A stretch of 64,000 nt of DNA from a virus, in IMG/VR virus record IMGVR_UViG_3300020442_000008, positions 64,599 to 128,598 of that record; one strand, given 5' to 3'. Of this stretch, positions 8,333 to 14,871 are shown piece after piece. The notes beneath the pieces are model-generated. The model saw only the letters and a list, made by a program, of their open reading frames with translations. It ran no database searches and had not been told where the DNA came from. The stretch's first letter is position 1. Every line of letters begins with the position of its first letter. The position numbers and the translations under genes were made by a program.

Positions 8333-8413
8333 CTATCGGCTCAACTCGCCTTTGATCAATTCTTTTATTAATGCGAACAATCCCACAACACCTAGCAATG
8401 TGACCAATTCCAT
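8333..8413 (-). CDS. small single-pass membrane peptide (26 aa)
   Basis: MELVTLLGVVGLFALIKELIKGELSR; starts 3 nt after the upstream stop. Confidence 0.45.
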   Translation of the reverse strand: MELVTLLGVVGLFALIKELIKGELSR

Positions 8414-8416
8414 TAT

Positions 8417-8638
8417 TTATTTGTCTGAAGGAACAAAGTCAAGCTCACGATTGTCAAGGATGTATCCTATGACTTTATTGACCTTTTCGATTGTATCGTC
8501 GAGGGTCTTTTTGGAATGTTCTGTGGCTTTCATTTCTTCAAGCACGGAACGCAAGAACTTGAGATTTCCGTTTGCGGAAGCAAGCTTCATTGCGGTATTG
8601 TCGAGGAGTTTTTCGTCTTTGAGTGTTTCGATAATCAT
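8417..8638 (-). CDS. hypothetical protein, weakly similar to 11320-11538
   Basis: LASANGNLKFL vs LSKAEGNLNFL; leaderless TTGACT promoter upstream. Confidence 0.7.
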   Translation of the reverse strand: MIIETLKDEKLLDNTAMKLASANGNLKFLRSVLEEMKATEHSKKTLDDTIEKVNKVIGYILDNRELDFVPSDK

Positions 8639-8682
8639 AAGTCTATTCTAAGGATTTAAGGTTAAAAGTCAAGCTTTTTTTT

Positions 8683-8868
8683 TCACTCCCACTCGGAGTG
8701 ATGACCGAAGTCGATGTCCTCGACCTCTTGGAAGTCAAGGAGGGAAATCCTGTCTTGCAGGTCTCCGATTTCGTTGCGGTACGCAACGAGGTCAGCGGAG
8801 GTGAGGACGGAATCCGCGATGATTTCGCGGAGGAGAGAAATTTTGTTGAGCATTTCGGATTTTGTCAT
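8683..8868 (-). CDS. hypothetical protein
   Basis: ORF in the minus-strand early arm. Confidence 0.6.
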   Translation of the reverse strand: MTKSEMLNKISLLREIIADSVLTSADLVAYRNEIGDLQDRISLLDFQEVEDIDFGHHSEWE

Positions 8869-9100
8869 AATTTTTTGTGTTAGGTTTTCTTTATTTTATA
8901 TTTACAATGTATCAGAGTTTTGCGGAAAAGTCAAGAACTTTTTTTACTTTTTTTCAATTTTGGAATTACGAATTTGCAGAGGATTTTTTCTCTTTCTGTG
9001 AGTTGGGCTTTTTCAATCTTAATCATACCTATAATGTAGCACAAAAACCCCGAAAAGTCAAGAAAAATCTTTAACTATTTTTTTGCACAATTCTCCTAGC

Positions 9101-9182
9101 GTAAGTTGTTCTTTACCAAAGACTTCCGGCATAGCCGGCAGGGGCGACCGGCGCCCTAAGTCTTTGATGGTGTGTGACTTAG
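9101..9182. repeat. paired 27-bp pseudo-palindrome element 5
   Basis: GTAAGTTGTTC-TTTAC-CAAAGACTTCC (9101) and CTAAGTCTTTG-ATGGT-GTGTGACTTAG (9156); 55-bp period. Confidence 0.85.
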
Positions 9183-9487
9183 AACACGAGAGATTCAAGA
9201 TTCTGATTTTGAACGGCAAACCAATCGGATGGGTTAATGATGTGACCGTTTAGTACAGGCTCAAAGTTGACCTGATGAACTCCGGCATTGACTATTCCGT
9301 TCACTCGCTCACGAGTGGTTGGAGTGTTCCAGCCAGCCAGAGACCATATCACAAACCCGCTTGCATCACGCTTGATTATAGCGTTGCCATGCAACCAAAC
9401 GGTGTTGCCGTCAGTGCGAGTGTTGCCAACTGTCAAAGGTTGGCGAGATTCAAAAGCTTGTTTTATTTGTTGTGTTACTTTTCTCAT
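9179..9487 (-). CDS. phage hypothetical protein
   Basis: 102-aa ORF (LHGNAI...AGWNTPTTRERVNG); stop lies inside element 5. Confidence 0.75.
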   Translation of the reverse strand: MRKVTQQIKQAFESRQPLTVGNTRTDGNTVWLHGNAIIKRDASGFVIWSLAGWNTPTTRERVNGIVNAGVHQVNFEPVLNGHIINPSDWFAVQNQNLESLVF

Positions 9488-9496
9488 TGTTATATA

Positions 9497-9682
9497 TTAA
9501 GATTTTTTTTCGGGTTTTGCAAGTAAAAAGTTCAAGAAAGTTTCTTGAGCCTTTTGGTTGTCCAGGAGTTCGTCAAGTTCAATTTGTGCATTTATTACCA
9601 TCTGCTGGCTTTGAATGTGTCCTGCTTCTGCGATAGGGTTGAAAACCCTGATGAGTTCTTTGAGTTCTTTGATTCTATCCAT
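9497..9682 (-). CDS. hypothetical protein
   Basis: ORF in the minus arm. Confidence 0.6.
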   Translation of the reverse strand: MDRIKELKELIRVFNPIAEAGHIQSQQMVINAQIELDELLDNQKAQETFLNFLLAKPEKKS

Positions 9683-9873
9683 GGCTTGAGAGAATTGGGG
9701 CTTGGGTTTTGACTTGTAACTGCTTTGCTTTTTTCATGGCTTTTGCGTGAGTCTTTGCGTTGTCTACGATTTTCCCAAAAAGTCGGATATCGAACCAATT
9801 TGAGAAGTTTGGGTTTTTGTCAACATTTATCATAAGCTTTTATACTATATCTTAAGGTTTAAAAAGTCAAGCT

Positions 9874-10146
9874 TTATCTCCAACTTTTTAGAGAAAAATT
9901 TGTCTGATGTGCCGAGACGGGCAAACCTTGCGTTGGCAAGTCTTTTGCGAAGTCATCAAAAAAGGCAACCGCTTCCGATAGCTCGTCAGCGTGGATTTGC
10001 TCCTCAAGCTTTTTCAACTCGTCCTGTGCATGGCTGAGATGCAACGCCCGAATGGAACGCAAGGATTCCTTGCGAGAGCGGTTGAGTTTGTCTTGCCAAA
10101 AGGCAATTTCCTTTTGGAGCTTTTCTATCTTTTCAATTTTATTCAT
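9874..10146 (-). CDS. hypothetical coiled-coil protein (start revised to 10146)
   Basis: TTGACT promoter at ~10176-10181 upstream. Confidence 0.65.
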   Translation of the reverse strand: MNKIEKIEKLQKEIAFWQDKLNRSRKESLRSIRALHLSHAQDELKKLEEQIHADELSEAVAFFDDFAKDLPTQGLPVSAHQTNFSLKSWR

Positions 10147-10177
10147 GCCTACAATATATCTCAAAAAGGTTGGGAAG

Positions 10178-10369
10178 TCAAGCTTTTTTTACATTATTTT
10201 TCATCGCAATCTTGTTTTGCAAATCCCATTCGTCGAGCCAAGCTTGGTTTTTTGCCAAAGCATCCTTGGCAATTTCAACCACGACAGGGTCGCTATCGTG
10301 GGCAATGGTCTCCCGAAGGAATACCATATCGGCTTTGACTTTAGAGATGAGTCTTATTGAATTAAACAT
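10178..10369 (-). CDS. hypothetical protein
   Basis: leaderless promoter directly downstream of element 6. Confidence 0.65.
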   Translation of the reverse strand: MFNSIRLISKVKADMVFLRETIAHDSDPVVVEIAKDALAKNQAWLDEWDLQNKIAMKNNVKKA

Positions 10370-10443
10370 ACCTATAAGGTATCAGAAAAACCGACATTTG
10401 TAAAGCCTAAAATTAAACTATTTTTTTGCACGATTCTGCTGTC

Positions 10444-10525
10444 GTAAGTCATTGTTAGTTAGAGACTTCCGGCGCAGCCGGCCTGGCCGGCCAGGCCCGC
10501 AAGTCCTTGGCTAACAAAGGTTTAG
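10444..10525. repeat. paired 27-bp pseudo-palindrome element 6
   Basis: GTAAGTCATTG-TTAGT-TAGAGACTTCC (10444) and GCAAGTCCTTG-GCTAA-CAAAGGTTTAG (10499); 55-bp period. Confidence 0.85.
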
Positions 10526-10704
10526 GTCGTTTTTTCGAGGCTTTCGACCCATCTTCCGACTAGCTCTATATCGTGAAAAATGTGGTCAATCGGCTTATCT
10601 TCGCATTCGTCGTAATGCTTTGCCTCGTCGAAGTAGTAAGTGCAAACGATTTTTTGAATGGAATTGATAACAGGTTCAGGTATGTCTTGCATTTTCATTT
10701 TCAT
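10522..10704 (-). CDS. hypothetical protein
   Basis: ORF whose stop lies inside element 6. Confidence 0.65.
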   Translation of the reverse strand: MKMKMQDIPEPVINSIQKIVCTYYFDEAKHYDECEDKPIDHIFHDIELVGRWVESLEKTT

Positions 10705-10706
10705 TT

Positions 10707-10904
10707 TTAGTTTAACTCGTTAAAGTAGTTTTCTTCAATGATTTCTGTACCGATAAACTCACGGCATCGAGATAGGTCTTGCTCTAAGTAGTACCGAACG
10801 GCTTTGGCTACAATTTGATTATCTTCCTTGTAGGGAAGTTCGTCTTTTACTCTCGCCACTATGGCGTCAATCCACTTTGGCACGATGTCTTTTTCAATTT
10901 TCAT
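10707..10904 (-). CDS. hypothetical protein
   Basis: TTGCAA/-10-like promoter immediately upstream. Confidence 0.65.
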   Translation of the reverse strand: MKIEKDIVPKWIDAIVARVKDELPYKEDNQIVAKAVRYYLEQDLSRCREFIGTEIIEENYFNELN

Positions 10905-10973
10905 GAGTATGATTTTAGTAATTTTTGAGCCGATTGCAAGATTTTTTTTCGTTTTAGTTAAGTTTTTTTTGGT

Positions 10974-11074
10974 TATCTGCGGGGAGCCAAGTCCCGCCGT
11001 TTACGGCTCTTAGTTTGGGATTTTCATTTTCATATCTGCGGGGAGCCAAGTCCCGCCGTTTACGGCTCTTAGTT
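10974..11074. repeat. two exact copies of a 42-bp GC-rich unit, 59-bp period
   Basis: TATCTGCGGGGAGCCAAGTCCCGCCGTTTACGGCTCTTAGTT at 10974 and 11033. Confidence 0.9.
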
Positions 11075-11098
11075 GGGAATTTTCTTAATCATACCTAT

Positions 11099-11127
11099 AA
11101 CATAGCACAGAAACTCAGAAAAGTCAA
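11099..11127 (-). promoter_or_regulatory. sigma70-type leaderless promoter
   Basis: TTGACT-17 bp-TATGTT, ATG at 11092; near-identical copy at ~9018-9083. Confidence 0.75.
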
Positions 11128-11161
11128 GAAAAATCTTTAACTATTTTTTCAGATTTGTGTC

Positions 11162-11243
11162 GTAACTCTTTGAACTGGAGCGACTTGCGACAGATTTTCG
11201 GGGGGCGACCGGCGCCCTAAGTCTTTGATTACCAAGGCTTTTC
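11162..11243. repeat. paired 27-bp pseudo-palindrome element 7
   Basis: GTAACTCTTTG-AACTG-GAGCGACTTGC (11162) and CTAAGTCTTTG-ATTAC-CAAGGCTTTTC (11217); 55-bp period. Confidence 0.85.
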
Positions 11244-11315
11244 GTCTTCTTTCATATCTTGCCACATGAGATAGAAAACTACAAGCCAAGGAGAGAATAG
11301 GATAATTTCGATCAT
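11229..11315 (-). CDS. small single-pass membrane peptide (28 aa)
   Basis: MIEIILFSPWLVVFYLMWQDMKEDEKPW; stop lies inside element 7. Confidence 0.5.
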   Translation of the reverse strand: MIEIILFSPWLVVFYLMWQDMKEDEKPW

Positions 11316-11319
11316 AATG

Positions 11320-11538
11320 TTATTTTTTGCGTTGTTCGTGCAGTATGGTCTGAAGCTTTTTTCGGGCTTCTTGGACTGCGTGGAGAGCGTCGAGGATCGC
11401 GATGCCTTGCGTGATGCTCAAGGTTTGGTCTCCTTCGGTGTTGGTTGACCCAGCAAGAAAGTTGAGATTGCCTTCTGCTTTAGAGAGAGCAAGTCCGAGA
11501 TCCAACTCGGGAAAATCCATTTTGCTTGATTCGTTCAT
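11320..11538 (-). CDS. hypothetical protein
   Basis: ORF; weak paralogy to 8417-8638. Confidence 0.65.
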   Translation of the reverse strand: MNESSKMDFPELDLGLALSKAEGNLNFLAGSTNTEGDQTLSITQGIAILDALHAVQEARKKLQTILHEQRKK

Positions 11539-11698
11539 GCTACTGATTTCGTTTTGATTGTTTGGTGTTCGCTTTTTAAAGCTTTGGTGATCTTGCTCAT
11601 GGCAAGGGCGTTTAAACTAATTTGTTTTAAGAATGTTTCAATCTTTATCATATTACTAATCTATAAAAGTTTTGGGCAAAAGTCAAGTTTTTTTTAAA

Positions 11699-11974
11699 TT
11701 ATTTTTCCCATATTTGGTTGATGTAAAAAACGGCTTGATCTCCTTCTTTTGGAAACATTCCCCTTTGAAGTTGCACTTTTGTTTGCAACTTGCGAACCAT
11801 AGCAAAAAACTTGCGTCTAGCTTCAGGCTTGTCTTCAGCTTCAACGGAGAGAATGTTGTTTGTCATGTGCGTATCAACAAAGGAATTTGTGTTTGTGTTC
11901 CATAAAGGAAGCTTTTCCTTGCTATCAATGGAAGAGACATGAATGTTTGCAGTGAATGTTTTATTTTTAATCAT
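11699..11974 (-). CDS. hypothetical protein
   Basis: leaderless TTGACT promoter upstream. Confidence 0.7.
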   Translation of the reverse strand: MIKNKTFTANIHVSSIDSKEKLPLWNTNTNSFVDTHMTNNILSVEAEDKPEARRKFFAMVRKLQTKVQLQRGMFPKEGDQAVFYINQIWEK

Positions 11975-12199
11975 GTATATAATTTAAAGGATTTCTTTGT
12001 AAAAGTCAAACTTTTTTTTAATTATTTTACAGCTTGTTTGATCATTTCAAAAGTCCAAACGTGACCTCCTGGGCATTCCCAAAGGTCGAAAGCCTCGGAC
12101 ATCGGGCTTGCTTGGATACGCTGAAGACCATTTTCTTCAATGAATTTTTGTATTTCTTTAGTTAACATATTTTCTATTATAAGGATTTAAGGTTTAAAG

Positions 12200-12424
12200 T
12201 CAAGCGTTTCTTTCAACGGATCTCCAACCATAACGAGCGACTTCGTCATTATAGCGAGCTTCGGGAAGCCTTGATTTTAGGCTTTTGATATTGGCGAGAA
12301 TCATCTCGCGAGTGTGACCTGTGGCGGGCACGAAGCCTTTACCACTTTCGTAGTGATGTTTTTCGAGGCTAGACTCGAGCATTTGAATGTCGAACTTTAT
12401 TGATTCTGTTTCTGTCATTTTCAT
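12200..12424 (-). CDS. hypothetical protein
   Basis: TTGACT promoter upstream; TGA stop overlaps the next -35 box. Confidence 0.65.
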   Translation of the reverse strand: MKMTETESIKFDIQMLESSLEKHHYESGKGFVPATGHTREMILANIKSLKSRLPEARYNDEVARYGWRSVERNA

Positions 12425-12467
12425 ATTTACAATCTACTATATTTTTACTAAAAAGTCAAGCTTTATT

Positions 12468-12641
12468 TTACTTTTTTTTACTTATTCTTGCACCTGTGGT
12501 GATGGTGTTTGGAAGTTCTTTTTTAAGCCTTTCAGCTATTTGCATAGCTTGGGCGTGTGTCCTTGCGTTGTCTACTAGCACATCATTAACTAGCACATTA
12601 AACCATTCTGAGAAGTTAGCATTTCGTATTATCTTAATCAT
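12468..12641 (-). CDS. hypothetical 57-aa protein
   Basis: MIKIIRNANFSEWFNV...; leaderless promoter downstream of element 8. Confidence 0.55.
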   Translation of the reverse strand: MIKIIRNANFSEWFNVLVNDVLVDNARTHAQAMQIAERLKKELPNTITTGARISKKK

Positions 12642-12711
12642 ACTAACAACATAGCACTATATGGGGCAAAAGTCAAGTATTATTTTACTTTTTTTTTATT
12701 TTTTTTCTATT

Positions 12712-12793
12712 ATAACTTACTGATTATTAAAGACTTACAGCATAGCCGGCAGGGGCGGCCGGCGCCCTAAGTCATTGGCTATTAAGGGTTTAG
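12712..12793. repeat. paired 27-bp pseudo-palindrome element 8
   Basis: ATAACTTACTG-ATTAT-TAAAGACTTAC (12712) and CTAAGTCATTG-GCTAT-TAAGGGTTTAG (12767); 55-bp period; spacer nearly identical to element 5. Confidence 0.85.
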
Positions 12794-13014
12794 AACTCGT
12801 CCATCAAGAACTCGTCAAGTGCATAGGTGTCTAGGTCGGGGTCTTGGTAGCTTGCACCATCAGGTGTGTTGTATGTGCCCGATTCTACTAGATGATTGGC
12901 TAGATCTTTGTATTGCACAAAACGCCTAGCGAGTTTATATAAACTCTCGTCGTTGCCTAACCATAGGGCAACATTCCATGTTGCCCAATTTGCCCAGCCG
13001 TTGTAATCGCTCAT
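12790..13014 (-). CDS. phage hypothetical protein with YNGWxNWxTWNVALW motif (start revised)
   Basis: motif recurrent in phage early regions; stop lies inside element 8. Confidence 0.7.
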   Translation of the reverse strand: MSDYNGWANWATWNVALWLGNDESLYKLARRFVQYKDLANHLVESGTYNTPDGASYQDPDLDTYALDEFLMDEF

Positions 13015-13201
13015 GGTCTTATGCGTTAGGGTTGACAGCGAAAAGCCCATAACGACGCGAGCCGTCATTGTGCTTCATGCGAGAGCGTAGGAGACGCTCA
13101 GCGTCACGCCTCCGCAACGCTATGGATTCGACTTGCCAAACGGCGCCCGCTTGGTTGAGGATAGACTTAAGGATGTACATGTTAACCTTTCTGTTGAGGG
13201 T

Positions 13202-13498
13202 TTAGGATTCAAAAATTTCACGCATTGCACCGCTCACGCAGTCCATGTCAACGAGGTTCTCGTCGTTGTCGAAGTCGTCGTCTTCTTGTGCTTCGACTGC
13301 ATCAAGAGAAACGAATTCGTCTTCGATGTCACGCTCGGATGCGTGTTGCACTCCATGTTCAAGGGTAAACTCTTCGTTTGCGATTTGCTCCTGTATGTCA
13401 GCGAGCAAGTCAGCGAATTGACCTGTGACTTTGTTGTTGTTCGCTTCAGCGAGTTCAACGGCTTTACGGATTGCTTCGATATTATTTTCGTTATTCAT
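13202..13498 (-). CDS. highly acidic hypothetical protein (start revised)
   Basis: D/E-rich C-terminal half; TTGCAA promoter upstream. Confidence 0.7.
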   Translation of the reverse strand: MNNENNIEAIRKAVELAEANNNKVTGQFADLLADIQEQIANEEFTLEHGVQHASERDIEDEFVSLDAVEAQEDDDFDNDENLVDMDCVSGAMREIFES

Positions 13499-13695
13499 AG
13501 TTATGTATATTAAGGATTTTTTGAAGAATTGCAAGAAAAAAGTTTCAGCAAAAGCACTTTTTTTTGTGCTTCGCTTTGCGTGGAAGCACTTTGTTTTTAA
13601 GCTTGTGAGGTCTTGCCTTGGTGAAGACCATTGGAATTCGTACTTTTACTTTCATGATTATATTCTAAGGATTTAAGGTGTGGAGTCAAGCTTTA

Positions 13696-13887
13696 TTATG
13701 CAACCCACTCCACAAGCTCAAACTTGCGAGGCAAGCCAAACTTTGCAAGATCTTTGTTGAGATCTTCGACGGATGCGTGGTGTTCGCATTTCATCATGAC
13801 ATTACGCTGTACGATCTCGCCGCTCTTGCGGTCAATGATGTTGACCTTGGCGATGAAACCATTTACTTGTTTATCATTTTTTATCAT
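13696..13887 (-). CDS. hypothetical protein (start revised)
   Basis: same TATGTTATAGGT-ATG leaderless context as 11092. Confidence 0.65.
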   Translation of the reverse strand: MIKNDKQVNGFIAKVNIIDRKSGEIVQRNVMMKCEHHASVEDLNKDLAKFGLPRKFELVEWVA

Positions 13888-14144
13888 ACCTATAACATAG
13901 CAAAAAAAACGGAAAAAAGCGAGAAAAAAAACGCTTATTTTGCACATTAAAGCTGAGCTAATGAGCTTATTATTAAGGCTAATTATACCCCCCCGGTGCC
14001 CAAACCCCCACCCTTTTGTGAAATGAAAAGGAATCTAAGCTTTCAGATTTTGGCGGGGGGTGGTGTTTTTCAATATCTGAATCGTTTCCGTTTTAATTAA
14101 CAAATGGGCCGACCAAAAAAAATCCACGGGGTGTATTTCTAGGT

Positions 14145-14360
14145 ATGGCTGATGAACAAGAAATGTATTGGTTGAAGAGTATGCAATTCCAGCTCCAACA
14201 AAAGGATCGGGAAATTGCTGATTTGCTAGTTATCATAGACACACTTCAGACTAACATGAGGAGCGTGTCTACATATGTCCCTGAGGATAAGATTAAAGAA
14301 GTTACAACCCAGAGTTATAACTGGAGCCTTAATTGGAGACCAGGGCAAGATAAGTCGTAG
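14145..14360 (+). CDS. hypothetical coiled-coil protein
   Basis: GTGTA(14131)-9 nt-ATG. Confidence 0.65.
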   Translation: MADEQEMYWLKSMQFQLQQKDREIADLLVIIDTLQTNMRSVSTYVPEDKIKEVTTQSYNWSLNWRPGQDKS

Positions 14361-14368
14361 TGCCTTAA

Positions 14369-14471
14369 TGTCACATTGTGACACGCACGGGGGTCGCTAA
14401 AGGGCATTTTGTCACTTTGGCGACCCTTTTTGCTTAATTTTAAGGCTCTAAAAGTTGGCATGAAGATTGCA
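14369..14471 (+). promoter_or_regulatory. sigma54 (-24/-12) promoter with upstream palindromic activator-like site
   Basis: TTGGCATGAAGATTGCA (14455-14471) fits TGGCAC-N5-TTGC with one mismatch; TGTCACA-T-TGTGACA palindrome at 14369-14383. Confidence 0.65.
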
Positions 14472-14484
14472 ACTATATACGCAT

Positions 14485-14871
14485 ATGAAATATTCACTTA
14501 TTAATCAATTGTTTGAGCAGGCGAACCTGCTTAATGCCATGGACGACAAAGTTTGTAACGTCATCGATTCTAGTTTGGACTCCTATAAATACAGGACAAC
14601 CTTAAATGAGCAAGAAAATGAATACATTATTCATGCTCAAGTCCCAGGACTAAGCAAAGAAGATATAAATATTACTTTAGATAATAATATTTTAAAGATT
14701 TGCGGCGAAAAAGCTATAAATGACCATATGACATGTTCAATTAATAAAGAACTTTCGCTTGGAAGAGATATTAATGCATCAAAAATAACTGCAAAAGTAG
14801 AGAATGGAATACTAGAACTTAATATTCCTAAATCAGAAAAATGCAAAACTAAGAAGATTAAAATTAATTAA
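14485..14871 (+). CDS. hsp20: small heat-shock protein (Hsp20/alpha-crystallin)
   Basis: VPGLSKEDINITLDNNILKICGEK and ITAKVENGILELNIPK motifs; start revised to ATG 14485. Confidence 0.9.
   Translation: MKYSLINQLFEQANLLNAMDDKVCNVIDSSLDSYKYRTTLNEQENEYIIHAQVPGLSKEDINITLDNNILKICGEKAINDHMTCSINKELSLGRDINASKITAKVENGILELNIPKSEKCKTKKIKIN

Noticed and set aside
8268-9074. Plus-strand ORFs in the minus early arm (e.g. 8268-8651, 8714-9001)
   Set aside because: Promoters and start contexts support the minus-strand ORFs instead.
10974-11074. Mini CRISPR array
   Set aside because: Only two copies, a 17-bp spacer that resembles the flank, and no cas operon; better explained as a tandem duplication of a functional unit.
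3039-12793. Canonical integron attC sites or Xer dif/pdif sites
   Set aside because: No consistent RYYYAAC/GTTRRRY cores, no intI in the window, and the units are 27 bp with no XerD-arm TTATGTTAAAT; only an analogy is supportable.
3039-12793. Paired elements as ordinary intrinsic terminators
   Set aside because: They are followed by A-tracts, not U-tracts, in the sense direction; at 6402-6433 a real terminator sits separately just upstream; a fixed spacer length is not a terminator property.
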